Source: a virus
IMG/VR virus record: IMGVR_UViG_3300042564_002302
Coordinates: 26,416 to 90,415 of that record
Direction: 5' to 3' (one strand)
Length of the DNA: 64,000 nucleotides
Part shown: positions 39,240 through 49,386 of the stretch, in pieces
How positions within the stretch are numbered: position 1 is the first letter of the stretch
Layout: each line of letters starts with the position of its first letter
Made by a program: the position numbers and the translations under genes
The notes under the pieces: generated by a model
What the model saw: only the letters and a program-made list of their open reading frames with translations
Databases searched by the model: none
Told to the model about the DNA's origin: nothing

Positions 39240-39532
39240 TGTTTAAGAAGCAGATTCATATCGTCATGCCAGAGATGAAGTCTTTTAAATATAAAAAGGG
39301 CGATAAAAAAGAATTTTTAGAAAATGCTACTGTAGCGTTAAATGCTGCAGCACAGATAGCAGAAGTACAACAAGATACAGATACATTATTGACAATTGCT
39401 GGCGCATGGATGGAAGCCGCATATCGAGAAGAGAAGAAGCCAAGAAAAGCTAAGCCCATTTTAGGGTTTACAACCATTGAGGATTCTGATAGAATGTCTA
39501 TGGAGCAGGAAGAAGAGGATGAAGATGAGTGA
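39233..39532 (+). CDS. Hypothetical protein
   Basis: Fills the gap in the operon; acidic tail. Confidence 0.5.
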   Translation: MVMFKKQIHIVMPEMKSFKYKKGDKKEFLENATVALNAAAQIAEVQQDTDTLLTIAGAWMEAAYREEKKPRKAKPILGFTTIEDSDRMSMEQEEEDEDE

Positions 39533-39728
39533 AAGAACCCGTGTAAAGATTGATCTTCAGTACACAAGAAATCTTGGTAACTATGAGAGTATTAAGATTG
39601 GTGTAGGAGTAGAAGATGATGTTAGGTCTGGAGAGAATGTTGATTCAGCAACAGAGCGAGTATATAAGTTTGTAGAGGATAAGCTAATCGATAAGGTTAG
39701 AGAGATAGAAGAGGAACTTAAGTCTTAA
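39525..39728 (+). CDS. Hypothetical protein
   Basis: YTRNLGNYES.KI motif; start placed at ATG 39525. Confidence 0.65.
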   Translation: MSERTRVKIDLQYTRNLGNYESIKIGVGVEDDVRSGENVDSATERVYKFVEDKLIDKVREIEEELKS

Positions 39729-40082
39729 ATGGCAAAAGAAAACACAAAGGAGCCATACATCCTTATCTCATTATATGAGAATCTATATAAGGATAAGTAT
39801 AGAAAAGCTCCATCAATTAACCGTTTCCGTGAAAAGTGGGGCATGCAAGATGTAATTGATAGTGTTGGTTTTGACAGGGCTAAGATCCTGATTGAATATT
39901 ATTTTAAGACAACAAAGCCAGGACATCCTATGCAGTGGTTCTTCTTTAACTTTGACAAGCTTGACCAAGTTATGAGAGAATTAGATGCAGATAGAGCGGC
40001 AAGAGATAAGATGAGAGAAGAAACAAAGATTCTAGTAGCAGAAAGGGAAGTAGAACTTGAACATAGAAGCAGCAGTAATTAG
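39729..40082 (+). CDS. Hypothetical protein, possible helicase loader/initiator partner
   Basis: Directly upstream of dnaB. Confidence 0.55.
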   Translation: MAKENTKEPYILISLYENLYKDKYRKAPSINRFREKWGMQDVIDSVGFDRAKILIEYYFKTTKPGHPMQWFFFNFDKLDQVMRELDADRAARDKMREETKILVAEREVELEHRSSSN

Positions 40083-41313
40083 TTCCGTATGTAAAAATAA
40101 GGATATCAGCACACTTCTTGCAGATAACGTAGATGAATTATTCCAGTCACACAAAGATGTTTGGGATGGGTTAAAGTCATACTATATGAGGTTTAAGTCA
40201 GTACCTGATGCTGGAGTACTAACAGATAGGTTTAGAGATTTTGATGTAGTAGATACTACTGCAGAAACTGGATACTATCTAGATCAACTTAAGAATGATT
40301 TTATTTCATCAAAGCTTAAGAACATTTTACTAAAGTCTGGCTCAGCACTAAAAGAAAATGCTGCATCCAGAGTGCTTGCAGACATTCAGAAAGATTTGTC
40401 TAGTCTAAATAAACATACAAACAATGTAAGAGACTTAGACCTAACTGATTTTAAAAATGCGGAAAGTCATATAATTGCATTACGTGAGCGTTCAGATGCT
40501 ATGGGTGGATCCCCAGGAATTGCAACTGGATTCAAGGCAATTGATTATGCATACCCAACAGGAATGGCTCCAGGACACCTTATCGTGGCTATTGGCTGGC
40601 CAGGAAGAGGTAAGACATGGTTCACATCGTATCTTGCTTGTAGAGCCTGGGAACAGGGTTTTAAGCCCATGATCGTGTCACTTGAAATGTCACCAGAAAA
40701 TATGCGTGACCGTATTTATACTATGCTTGGCTCTGGAATGTTTAGGGCAAGTGATTTCTCTCGTGGTGATATCAACCTTGATGACTTTAATACATGGGGT
40801 GAGAAGAAGTTTAAGGATAAGAACGGATTCATTGTTGTATCTAATGAAGGTTTAGCAGATGTTACTCCTCAAACAATTCAGGCGAAGATTGACCAGCATA
40901 AGCCAGACATTGTTATTTGTGATTACCACCAACTATTTACAGATACAAAGCGCTCTAACTCTGAAGTAGAAAGAAATAGAAATATTTCTCGTGAGTTTAA
41001 GATGCTTGCTGTAACAAATAATATTCCAATTATTGATATTACTGCAGCAACTATGGACGACGTATCAGATCAAGACAGTCCACCACTAATGTCTCAGGTA
41101 GCTTGGTCAAAGGCTATTGAGTACGATGCTGATATGGCTATGGCTATTCACAGACATCCAGATACTAATATTATTGAAGTTGTCTCTAGAAAAAATAGAC
41201 ACGGAAAAAACTTTAGTTTCTATTTGGACTGGGATATAGATAGGGGTATAATTAAGGAGATATACGAAAGTAGCCCTAATGACCCACAAAAGGATTCACA
41301 GGTTTCAACTTAA
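40057..41313 (+). CDS. dnaB: DnaB-like replicative helicase
   Basis: IATGF..ID, Walker A GWPGRGKT, SLEMS, ICDYHQL, IEYDAD, KNRHG. Confidence 0.92.
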   Translation: MNIEAAVISSVCKNKDISTLLADNVDELFQSHKDVWDGLKSYYMRFKSVPDAGVLTDRFRDFDVVDTTAETGYYLDQLKNDFISSKLKNILLKSGSALKENAASRVLADIQKDLSSLNKHTNNVRDLDLTDFKNAESHIIALRERSDAMGGSPGIATGFKAIDYAYPTGMAPGHLIVAIGWPGRGKTWFTSYLACRAWEQGFKPMIVSLEMSPENMRDRIYTMLGSGMFRASDFSRGDINLDDFNTWGEKKFKDKNGFIVVSNEGLADVTPQTIQAKIDQHKPDIVICDYHQLFTDTKRSNSEVERNRNISREFKMLAVTNNIPIIDITAATMDDVSDQDSPPLMSQVAWSKAIEYDADMAMAIHRHPDTNIIEVVSRKNRHGKNFSFYLDWDIDRGIIKEIYESSPNDPQKDSQVST

Positions 41314-41602
41314 AGGCATCATCGGTGACGATGCAGATTTTATCCGCCTACGAAATCAGTACGAAAATCTACTAACTTCCAAGGCGAAGGCTCAGGGTCA
41401 TGTCAGGGTACTTGACATAGATAGCGCCTTTTCGGTATCATATAACGAAGATACACAACTATATGACTTCTTATTAACAATACATACAGTGTATGTGGGA
41501 AAGGCAAAGGCATGGCATACAGACGGAATGCAACAGGGACGATTGATGCCCAAAACTATGCCCCATCACAAGTTAAATCAATACTTAAAAGTCTCGGAGT
41601 AG
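41279..41602 (+). CDS. Hypothetical protein
   Basis: ORF between helicase and primase. Confidence 0.55.
   Translation: MTHKRIHRFQLKGIIGDDADFIRLRNQYENLLTSKAKAQGHVRVLDIDSAFSVSYNEDTQLYDFLLTIHTVYVGKAKAWHTDGMQQGRLMPKTMPHHKLNQYLKVSE
41412..41441 (+). promoter_or_regulatory. Internal promoter upstream of primase
   Basis: TTGACA-18-TATCAT. Confidence 0.45.
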
Positions 41603-42570
41603 AAGTAGTATCAGAAACCTACAACGACTTTTTATGCCTATGCCCAATTCACGGAAATAGAAATACACCAAGCTTTAGCGTAAGTCGTGAAAGAGGTGCA
41701 TGGTTATGTTTTAACCCATCATGTGGTGAAGCAGGATCACTTGTTGATTTAGTAAAGAAGATGACAAATCGCAATGAATTTGAAGCCATTAGATATATCT
41801 CTGCAAAGCAGGATGACACTGGCGTAGAGTTCGATGAACAGCTTAGCGACTTATTGGATAAGACAGAAGATTTTGTTGAGTTTCCAGAGCAGGTTTTAAA
41901 TAACCTACATACAGATTTAGTATCAAGCCAGCCAGCCAGAGACTACTTTGTGTCTAGAGGAATCAACGATGAGTCTATGAAACATTTCCACCTAGGGTAT
42001 TCACCAAAACAAAATATGGTGACTGTTCCAGTTCATAGTCCAGATGGTCTGCCAGTTGGAATTGTTGGAAGATCTATTTCAGAAAAAAGATTTAAGAACA
42101 GCACTAATTTACCAAGAAGCAAGACAATGTTTAACGTGCATCGTGCAAAGAGGCTAAGCGGAACAGTAATCGTTGTTGAGTCTAGCTTTGATGCTATTAG
42201 GGTACATCAGGCTGGATACCCAAATGTTGTGGCTACACTTGGTGGGCATATCTCACCAGATAACCTTGCTTTATTAAATAAGTATTTTAATAAGATTATT
42301 ATTATGACTGACAACGATCAGAAACAGTTTAATGAGTCATGTAGAAAGTGTTACCCAGCAAAGTGCTCTGGTCATAGTCCAGGAAGAGATTTAGGGTTTA
42401 GCATAGCAAATAAGTTGAAAAATAAAGATATTATGTGGGCATGCTATGACTACAATACAATTTATCCACATAATGCAAAAGATGTTGGCGACATGACGGA
42501 CGAAGAAATCAAGCAGTGTGTAAAAAATTCTTTATCACACTTTGAATATGTCTCGACAAACCCAGCATAA
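41512..42570 (+). CDS. dnaG: DNA primase (CHC2 zinc finger + Toprim)
   Basis: CPIH..RNTPSF...CFNPSC; VVESSFDA, ATLG, MTDND, KDVGD. Confidence 0.9.
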   Translation: MAYRRNATGTIDAQNYAPSQVKSILKSLGVEVVSETYNDFLCLCPIHGNRNTPSFSVSRERGAWLCFNPSCGEAGSLVDLVKKMTNRNEFEAIRYISAKQDDTGVEFDEQLSDLLDKTEDFVEFPEQVLNNLHTDLVSSQPARDYFVSRGINDESMKHFHLGYSPKQNMVTVPVHSPDGLPVGIVGRSISEKRFKNSTNLPRSKTMFNVHRAKRLSGTVIVVESSFDAIRVHQAGYPNVVATLGGHISPDNLALLNKYFNKIIIMTDNDQKQFNESCRKCYPAKCSGHSPGRDLGFSIANKLKNKDIMWACYDYNTIYPHNAKDVGDMTDEEIKQCVKNSLSHFEYVSTNPA

Positions 42571-42581
42571 TATGTTATACT
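42553..42581 (+). promoter_or_regulatory. Promoter for SSB
   Basis: TCGACA-17-TATACT with TG extension. Confidence 0.6.
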
Positions 42582-42629
42582 AGTAATAACAGGGGCATAT
42601 ACAGCCTCAACTATAAGGAGAATATATAT

Positions 42630-43307
42630 ATGGCAATCGTACGTGGATTGAAAAACATGAACAAGGCTTTAGATAAGCCAGCATCAAGCAAGTCAGATGG
42701 CCCAAAGGCTAAGTGGGTCAAGCTAGAAGACGGAGAAAGCGTAAAAGTTCGTTTTCTTCAAGAGCTAGATCCAGATTCACCTCATTACTCAGAGAGTGCT
42801 GGTCTAGGATTCATCGCAGTAGAACACACAAACCCAAAAGATTATCGACGCAAGGCCCTTTGCACAATTGAAGACCAAGGTCGTTGCTGGGGCTGTGAAC
42901 AACACCGTAAAGACTTTAAGGCAGGATGGAAGGGTCGTTCACGACTATACATCAATGTTCTTATTGAAGACGGCAAGAATGATCCATACGTTGGAATTCT
43001 TTCACAGGGTTCAAGCAATAAGTCTGTTACACCAACACTTATTGAGTACGCAGGAGAAATGGGAAGTATCTCAAACCTCATCTGGCGTATGAAGCGAACA
43101 GGCACAAAGACAGACACTGGTTATACAATTATTCCTCTACAGAAGGATGAGACACAGTTTGATACTACAGGACTAGAACTCTTCCCACTTGAGGAAACAG
43201 CAGTACGTGAAGTTAAGTATGAAGAGCAAGAGCAGTTCTTCCTATTTGGCGATAACGAAGCAGAGCAGTCATCAGACTCTGCAACATCTTCAAACCTAGA
43301 GTGGTAA
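42630..43307 (+). CDS. Single-stranded DNA-binding protein (gp32-like)
   Basis: KLEDGESVKVRFL, H..C...CWGC zinc site, RTG..TDT.Y, acidic tail ending in W. Confidence 0.7.
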   Translation: MAIVRGLKNMNKALDKPASSKSDGPKAKWVKLEDGESVKVRFLQELDPDSPHYSESAGLGFIAVEHTNPKDYRRKALCTIEDQGRCWGCEQHRKDFKAGWKGRSRLYINVLIEDGKNDPYVGILSQGSSNKSVTPTLIEYAGEMGSISNLIWRMKRTGTKTDTGYTIIPLQKDETQFDTTGLELFPLEETAVREVKYEEQEQFFLFGDNEAEQSSDSATSSNLEW

Positions 43308-43315
43308 AAAGATTG

Positions 43316-43341
43316 GGGGAGGGACTGAAAGGTCTCTCCCC
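43316..43341 (+). terminator. GC-rich hairpin after SSB (terminator or stabiliser, no U-tract)
   Basis: GGGGAGGGAC-tgaaag-GTCTCTCCCC. Confidence 0.6.
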
Positions 43342-43371
43342 TACACCACATAATATTGTTAGGAAAAAATA

Positions 43372-46300
43372 ATGGATTTCGTACACCTTCATGTTCATTC
43401 ATATTATTCACTTATGGATGGGTTGAATTCCCCTGCAGAGTTAATTGATGCTGCAAAAAATAAGGGACAGCTTGCCATAGCGGTTACGGATCATGGGACT
43501 CTATCTTCTCACCGTGAAATGCAGAAGGCGGCTAAAGAGGCTGGAATAAAGCCTATTCTAGGACTAGAAGCATACATATCCCCAACAGATAGATTTGATA
43601 AGTCATCAAAAACAGACAAGAGTATTCAGGCATATAACCACATCATCTTGCTTGCAAAGAATCAGGTTGGCCTAAAGAATTTGAATAAGCTTTCTCAGAT
43701 TGCATGGACAGAAGGATATTACCATAAGCCTAGAATTGATAGAGAGATTCTTTCAGAACTTGGAGATGGACTTATTGTTCTTTCTGGATGTATGAATGGT
43801 CTCATATCTAAGGCTATTGAAAGAGAAGAGCATGCAGAAGCAAAGCTTTTAGTTAAATGGTTTAAGGATAGATTTGGCGCTGACTTCTATATTGAGATTC
43901 AGCCACATAATCCAGTAGAACTAAACAATAAGCTTTTAGAATTGGCAGATGAATTTAATGTTAAGCCAGTTGTTACTGGTGACTGCCATTATGCAGTAGA
44001 GGAAGACAGATCGCTTGAAGAAGCAATGCTTATTCTTTCCACATCACCAAAGATGAATAAAGAAGCAGACTTTGAGAAGTCACGTCAAATGCCAGACCTA
44101 TTTGATAGATTTAATTATATGTATCCAGACAGAAGAATTTCTTTTCAGGATATTGACGTATTTGTTATGGGTAAAGACCAAATTGAAAAGCATATGCATG
44201 AGCAAGGTATAACTAGAAAAGATATCTATGATAGCTCTGTAGAGATTGCTTATAAGGTTGGTGACTATGATTACTATGAGAATCTAGAACTTCTTCCTTC
44301 TCCAAAAACAGATGCCCACACAGAACTAACATCTATGGTATTTGCTGGTTTAAAGGCTAAGGGTCTTTCTGAGAATCAGGAATACATTGATAGAGCAAAT
44401 GAAGAGCTTTCTGTAATTGCAAGTAAGAAGTTCTCCTCCTACTTCTTAGTTGTAGCAGATATGATTAACTGGGCACATAAGAATGGCGTAATGGTTGGTC
44501 CTGGTCGTGGTTCTGCAGCAGGATCACTAGTCTGTTACTCTCTTGGTATAACAAGCGTCGATCCAATTAAGTATGACTTGTTGTTCTTCCGATTTATTAA
44601 CCCAGAGCGTAATGACTTCCCAGATATTGATACAGACTTTGAAGACAGAGGTCGTCACAAGGTAAAAGAATACCTAAGAAAAAAGTTTAAGAATGTTGCA
44701 GCTATTTCAACATTCACATACTTCAAAGATAAAGGCGTTATTCGTGATGCTGCTCGTGTCTTTGGAGTACCACTTAATGATGTAAATAAAGCACTGAAAG
44801 GAATAGAAACATTTGAAGACTATGAGACAAACCCAAACGCCTACTGGTTCAGAGACAAGTACCCTGAAGTCACAGATTTGGCGAGAAGGCTTCGTGGTCG
44901 CATTCGCTCTGTTGGTATGCATGCGGCTGGGATGGTTGTTGCTAAAGAAGACATCGCCAACTTCGCCCCAATCGAAACTAGGGCGGATACTCAAGAAGAA
45001 GTAAGCGGAAGAGTTCCAGTCGTAGCATATGATATGGATACAGTTGCAGATATTGGTCTAATTAAGATTGATGCACTTGGACTAAAGACACTTGCTGTAA
45101 TTGCTGACACATTAAAGATAGTTAGCGAAAGACATGGTCGTGACATTGTCCTAGAAAAGATTCCACTAGATGATCCTAAAGTGTTTGAAGATTTATCAAA
45201 CGGGTTTACTAAGGGTGTATTCCAGGCAGAAGCAACTCCATATACAAATCTTCTTATGAAGATGGGTGTAAGCACATTTGAAGACCTTGCAGCTTCTAAC
45301 GCTCTTGTTCGCCCAGGTGCTATGAATACTGTTGGTGGTGCATATATTGCACGTAAGAAGGGCGAAGAGCCTATCGTTTACCAGCATGAAATTATGAGAC
45401 AGTTTACGGAGAGAACATATGGCGTTATTATTTACCAGGAACAAGTTATGCAAGCATGCGTACACCTTGGCGGCATGTCCATGTCGGAAGCAGATAAAGT
45501 TAGAAAAATCATTGGAAAGAAAAAAGATGCTACGGAGTTTGATGAATTTCGTGAAAGGTTCGTAACTGGAGCAAGTAAGCACATCCCAGTAGAGACAGCA
45601 GAGTCTTTGTGGCATGACTTTGAGGCACACTCAGGATACTCATTTAACAGATCACACGCTATTGCATACTCAATGCTTAGCTATTGGACGGCATGGCTAA
45701 AGCATTACTATCCAATTGAGTTTATCTTTTCTATTCTCAAGAACGAAAATGATAAGGATGCCAGAACTGAATATCTAATTGAGGCAAAAAGACTTGGCAT
45801 TAAGGTACTGCTTCCACACGTAAATGAGTCTGACTTAGACTTTAAAATTCAGAAAGACGCCATTAGATTTGGATTGTCTAATGTAAAGTATATCTCCAAC
45901 AATATTGGTCAAAAGATTATGACTGCAGGTCCATTCAAGTCATACGCACATCTGCAAGAAGTTTCTGGAACTAAGGGTAGCGGAATTAACTCTCGTGCTA
46001 TATCAGCACTCAATGCAATTGGCGGAGCAGCTTTTGAAGATAATCCTAGAAGCGGTAAAGAATCTGAAAACCTTTATGAGTACTTAGGTATACCTAAGTT
46101 CGATGTTGGTAGAATACCACCACACATCAAGGCTCAGACAAACCAATTAGAAGACTTTGATGAGCAGGGAACTTTTGTTATGCTCGCAATGGTTAAGGGT
46201 ATAAAGAAGGGTACTGGCTGGTCCAGAATTGAGTTGGTTGATGAGACTGCCTCTGTTGGTGTATTCCACACAGAGAATACTCAAATCGAAGTCGGAAGCA

Positions 46301-46641
46301 TGTATTTCTTCTTGATTGGAGATAATAGAATATCTCGTTATGTAACAATTGATGATGTTGCAGATCAAAAAGACGACGCATTTGTAAGATATCTGTATGC
46401 TAACGAGCTGCACATTCCAGATAATGCAAGAATGACTGTTAGTTTACTTCCTTATAGAACTAAGGCTGGCAAGTCAATGGGTCACCTTATTATGACAAAC
46501 CACAAGAAAGAATTGACACGTGCAATTGTTTTCCCACAGGCTTATGAAAAATTTAAGTCAAGAATTAAAGAAGGCATGATTTATAGACCTGATATAAGTC
46601 AAACAGAAGATGGAACATATTCACTAAGGAGTTTACAATAA
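43372..46641 (+). CDS. dnaE: DNA polymerase III alpha subunit
   Basis: PHP domain HLHVHSYYSLMDG, TDHG; GPGRGSAAGS, FPDIDTDF, HAAG, KIDALGL, YQEQVM, YSFNRSHA. Confidence 0.97.
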   Translation: MDFVHLHVHSYYSLMDGLNSPAELIDAAKNKGQLAIAVTDHGTLSSHREMQKAAKEAGIKPILGLEAYISPTDRFDKSSKTDKSIQAYNHIILLAKNQVGLKNLNKLSQIAWTEGYYHKPRIDREILSELGDGLIVLSGCMNGLISKAIEREEHAEAKLLVKWFKDRFGADFYIEIQPHNPVELNNKLLELADEFNVKPVVTGDCHYAVEEDRSLEEAMLILSTSPKMNKEADFEKSRQMPDLFDRFNYMYPDRRISFQDIDVFVMGKDQIEKHMHEQGITRKDIYDSSVEIAYKVGDYDYYENLELLPSPKTDAHTELTSMVFAGLKAKGLSENQEYIDRANEELSVIASKKFSSYFLVVADMINWAHKNGVMVGPGRGSAAGSLVCYSLGITSVDPIKYDLLFFRFINPERNDFPDIDTDFEDRGRHKVKEYLRKKFKNVAAISTFTYFKDKGVIRDAARVFGVPLNDVNKALKGIETFEDYETNPNAYWFRDKYPEVTDLARRLRGRIRSVGMHAAGMVVAKEDIANFAPIETRADTQEEVSGRVPVVAYDMDTVADIGLIKIDALGLKTLAVIADTLKIVSERHGRDIVLEKIPLDDPKVFEDLSNGFTKGVFQAEATPYTNLLMKMGVSTFEDLAASNALVRPGAMNTVGGAYIARKKGEEPIVYQHEIMRQFTERTYGVIIYQEQVMQACVHLGGMSMSEADKVRKIIGKKKDATEFDEFRERFVTGASKHIPVETAESLWHDFEAHSGYSFNRSHAIAYSMLSYWTAWLKHYYPIEFIFSILKNENDKDARTEYLIEAKRLGIKVLLPHVNESDLDFKIQKDAIRFGLSNVKYISNNIGQKIMTAGPFKSYAHLQEVSGTKGSGINSRAISALNAIGGAAFEDNPRSGKESENLYEYLGIPKFDVGRIPPHIKAQTNQLEDFDEQGTFVMLAMVKGIKKGTGWSRIELVDETASVGVFHTENTQIEVGSMYFFLIGDNRISRYVTIDDVADQKDDAFVRYLYANELHIPDNARMTVSLLPYRTKAGKSMGHLIMTNHKKELTRAIVFPQAYEKFKSRIKEGMIYRPDISQTEDGTYSLRSLQ

Positions 46642-46844
46642 TGGAACCACAAGATTTAGAGGGACAGATTAATATTGGACAAGTTCTCTTTGCTGTGATA
46701 GAATCTATGGGTGGCACAGTAGTTGTGCCTGTAGAGTCTGTACTGAGAGAGCCAGAGGGCATGAGATTAGTACTTAACTACAATGACGACAATACTTTCA
46801 CAGTACATGTCGAGAAAGTAGAAGATGAACAAGATGACAAATAA
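46641..46844 (+). CDS. Hypothetical protein
   Basis: Translationally coupled; RBS AAGGAG. Confidence 0.6.
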   Translation: MEPQDLEGQINIGQVLFAVIESMGGTVVVPVESVLREPEGMRLVLNYNDDNTFTVHVEKVEDEQDDK

Positions 46845-47178
46845 GTTGGTGACAGATGATGGGTTGGATGCTTTGGCAGCTGTTCTTCATGAAACAGCGA
46901 TTGAAAAAGGCTTTTGGGACGGGGAAACAACCTACGACAAAGTCGGAAACAAGCTCGCCCTTGTACATTCTGAAGTTACTGAGGTCCTGGAAGCAATAAG
47001 AAAAAGCAAGGGATCCCAAGAGATTGTAGAAGAGATTGCTGATATTCTTATTAGAACACTAGATGTATATGCATCCCTTATGAACAAGGGTTGGGCAGAG
47101 CATTCATTAGACGAAGTTATGTATAACAAGATAGAAAAGAATAAGGCAAGACCACAACTTCACGGCAATTTATTCTAA
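46825..47178 (+). CDS. MazG-like nucleotide pyrophosphohydrolase
   Basis: LALVHSEVTEVLEA...EEIADILIRTLD...K.EKNK.R. Confidence 0.85.
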   Translation: MNKMTNKLVTDDGLDALAAVLHETAIEKGFWDGETTYDKVGNKLALVHSEVTEVLEAIRKSKGSQEIVEEIADILIRTLDVYASLMNKGWAEHSLDEVMYNKIEKNKARPQLHGNLF

Positions 47179-47179
47179 A

Positions 47180-47449
47180 ATGCTTGACGGTTACTTTCTA
47201 CACGGAAGTGATGGAGAACTTTTACTTGTATTGAGAACTCCAGACGAAGATAGGATGCTATCGATTATTAAAAAATTGCAAGCATCAAGAGATAAAGAAA
47301 TACGAGAGCTTGGCGAATCATTAGAAAAGAGTTATTATGACAGAGATATCAGAAATTCTGGCGCAGTTAGACCCAAAAACAAGAGCAAGGGTTCAGGCGG
47401 CAACAGAAGTAGAAGTAGTAAAGCAAAAGACACCAAGCCTAGGTCTTAA
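47180..47449 (+). CDS. Hypothetical protein overlapping recA
   Basis: Fills the gap; 113-nt overlap with recA. Confidence 0.45.
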   Translation: MLDGYFLHGSDGELLLVLRTPDEDRMLSIIKKLQASRDKEIRELGESLEKSYYDRDIRNSGAVRPKNKSKGSGGNRSRSSKAKDTKPRS

Positions 47450-48338
47450 TATTGCCCTAAAGGGTGGCTTTGGTTTTGGAAGACAGGTTTTAGTATGGGG
47501 AAATAAGTCAGCAGGAAAGTCGTCATTCTGTCTTCAGATGATCGCTGCTGCACAAAAAGAAGGAAAGACTTGTGCTTGGATTGATGCGGAGCACTCATAT
47601 TCACAGGATTGGGCAGAAAAGCTAGGTGTTGATTCGTCAAAGCTTATCTATTCTCCAGCAAAGTCAGTTAATGATATGGTTGATGTAGCCACAAAGCTTA
47701 TGGATGCTGGCGTAGACATTATTGTTGTAGACTCAATCTCTGCACTACTTCCAGCAATCTACTTTGAAAAAGATAGCTCTGATTTAAAGAAACTAGAAGA
47801 CACCAAGCAAATTGGTGCAGAAGCAAAGGATATGACACATGCAGTCAAAATGCTCAACTACGCAAACAAAAACACACTACTTGTACTCATCTCACAACAA
47901 CGAAATCAGTTTGGATCTATGCATGCTAGCCACATCCCCACAGGTGGAATGGCTGTCAAGTTCTTCTCTTCCACGGTCATTAAACTCTGGTCTTCTGAAG
48001 CTGAAGCTAACTCTATTAAGGCTGGTGTTCAAGTTGGTGACAAGATCATTGAACAAAGAGTCGGACGACCAGTTAACTGGATTGTTGATTACAACAAACT
48101 CGGCCCCCCTAATCTATCGGGACAGTACGACTTCTACTACCAGGGCGAGATTCTTGGTGTAGATGCAGTTGGAGAAATTCTAGATGTTGCGGAAATGTTT
48201 GGTGTAATTGAACGTGGAGGAGCATGGTATACTATTGATGGAGAAAGATTACAGGGCAGAGCAAAGGCTGTTGCTTGGTTAAGAGAAAATCCAGAAGTAG
48301 TAGATAAGCTAAGAGAAGAGATTTATGCCAAGAATTGA
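47337..48338 (+). CDS. recA: RecA-like recombinase
   Basis: GNKSAGKS, WIDAEHS, IVVDSISAL, PTGGMAVKFFSS, GAWY....QGR. Confidence 0.95.
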   Translation: MTEISEILAQLDPKTRARVQAATEVEVVKQKTPSLGLNIALKGGFGFGRQVLVWGNKSAGKSSFCLQMIAAAQKEGKTCAWIDAEHSYSQDWAEKLGVDSSKLIYSPAKSVNDMVDVATKLMDAGVDIIVVDSISALLPAIYFEKDSSDLKKLEDTKQIGAEAKDMTHAVKMLNYANKNTLLVLISQQRNQFGSMHASHIPTGGMAVKFFSSTVIKLWSSEAEANSIKAGVQVGDKIIEQRVGRPVNWIVDYNKLGPPNLSGQYDFYYQGEILGVDAVGEILDVAEMFGVIERGGAWYTIDGERLQGRAKAVAWLRENPEVVDKLREEIYAKN

Positions 48339-48519
48339 AGATCTGATTGGTAAAAAACCCAAGAAGACTGTAGTTACTGAAGATAAGATTGAAATGGGTG
48401 GCGCCTTTACATGTCAAACATGCAATAAGGTAGTCAGTGAAGCAGAATACAATAGAAGTGAATACTTTATTACTTGGACATGCCCAGATGGACATATTTC
48501 GAAAGTGCAAATGGGTTAA
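48325..48519 (+). CDS. Small zinc-ribbon protein
   Basis: CQTC...CPDGH. Confidence 0.65.
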   Translation: MPRIEDLIGKKPKKTVVTEDKIEMGGAFTCQTCNKVVSEAEYNRSEYFITWTCPDGHISKVQMG

Positions 48520-48830
48520 TGTCTGAGCGTGGTGAAGTAAAAAGAGATGGCGCTAAAGCTCAGAAGAATAGCGGTAGAGGCCAATATCAAAAGGGTGATG
48601 CTAAGTGGAAGATGTTTCTTGTAGATTACAAGGAATCTAATAAGTCTTTTAATTTAAATAAAGATGTTTGGGCAAAGATTTGCACTGACACATTTAAGGT
48701 AAGTAGAGACATGCACCCAGCATTAAAAATAATTATAGGTGATACATCAAAGGTAAGACTTGGTATCATCGAGTGGGATGTTCTAGATGAACTAATGACA
48801 TTTTGGGAGGAAAACCATGGGATCAAGTAA
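48519..48830 (+). CDS. PD-(D/E)xK nuclease/Holliday junction resolvase-like
   Basis: KNSGRG..KGDA...VDYKE..KSF; start set at ATG 48519. Confidence 0.65.
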   Translation: MSERGEVKRDGAKAQKNSGRGQYQKGDAKWKMFLVDYKESNKSFNLNKDVWAKICTDTFKVSRDMHPALKIIIGDTSKVRLGIIEWDVLDELMTFWEENHGIK

Positions 48831-48960
48831 CAAAATACCATTTAACGATACAGTTATAAAGAATGGAAGAATTGTAAAGCTACGTAAGGACGGCTCAATC
48901 AAGGCAGACCTAGGTCCTTACTATGCAAGACACAAGAAGAAGCAAGAGAAGTCAAAGTGA
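48817..48960 (+). CDS. Small basic protein (47 aa, not in ORF track)
   Basis: RBS GGAGG; MGSSNKIPFNDTVIKNGRIVKLRKDG... Confidence 0.6.
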   Translation: MGSSNKIPFNDTVIKNGRIVKLRKDGSIKADLGPYYARHKKKQEKSK

Positions 48961-49067
48961 CAGAGTTCCTATTTGGCTTACTTGTTGGTTTTTCTCTTGG
49001 ATATCCACTAGGATTGTTTATAAATGTTTTAGATAGAAAGGTAAAAAATGGCAGAAGACGGAAATAA
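48957..49067 (+). CDS. Small single-pass membrane protein (36 aa, not in ORF track)
   Basis: GTGA overlap; FLFGLLVGFSLGYPLGLFI followed by a basic tail. Confidence 0.55.
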   Translation: MTEFLFGLLVGFSLGYPLGLFINVLDRKVKNGRRRK

Positions 49068-49386
49068 CACACTAGATTTAATTAGCAAGGTCACAGAATT
49101 TAATGACCTACATGACTATATGAAAGACGATCAGCTGGACAGGGCTTTGGCTATGATTGTTAAGCTAGTTATGAATCCAGATGTACCTCCAGCTAAGGCT
49201 CCTATGTTAATTATTGAGCTTCAGGCTATAAGCACAAAGCTAGCTATTTTAGCCTCATACTATTCTACTATTGCTAAAGATAAAACTGGTACAATTAACA
49301 ATAACAAGAAAAACATTTATTATTCGGGAAAGGAAGCAATAGACAGATTAGTTGATGCACTCAAGTATTCTGCTAGAATTTATTAA
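49048..49386 (+). CDS. Hypothetical helical protein
   Basis: RBS AAGG; coupled to the Cas4-like gene. Confidence 0.65.
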   Translation: MAEDGNNTLDLISKVTEFNDLHDYMKDDQLDRALAMIVKLVMNPDVPPAKAPMLIIELQAISTKLAILASYYSTIAKDKTGTINNNKKNIYYSGKEAIDRLVDALKYSARIY

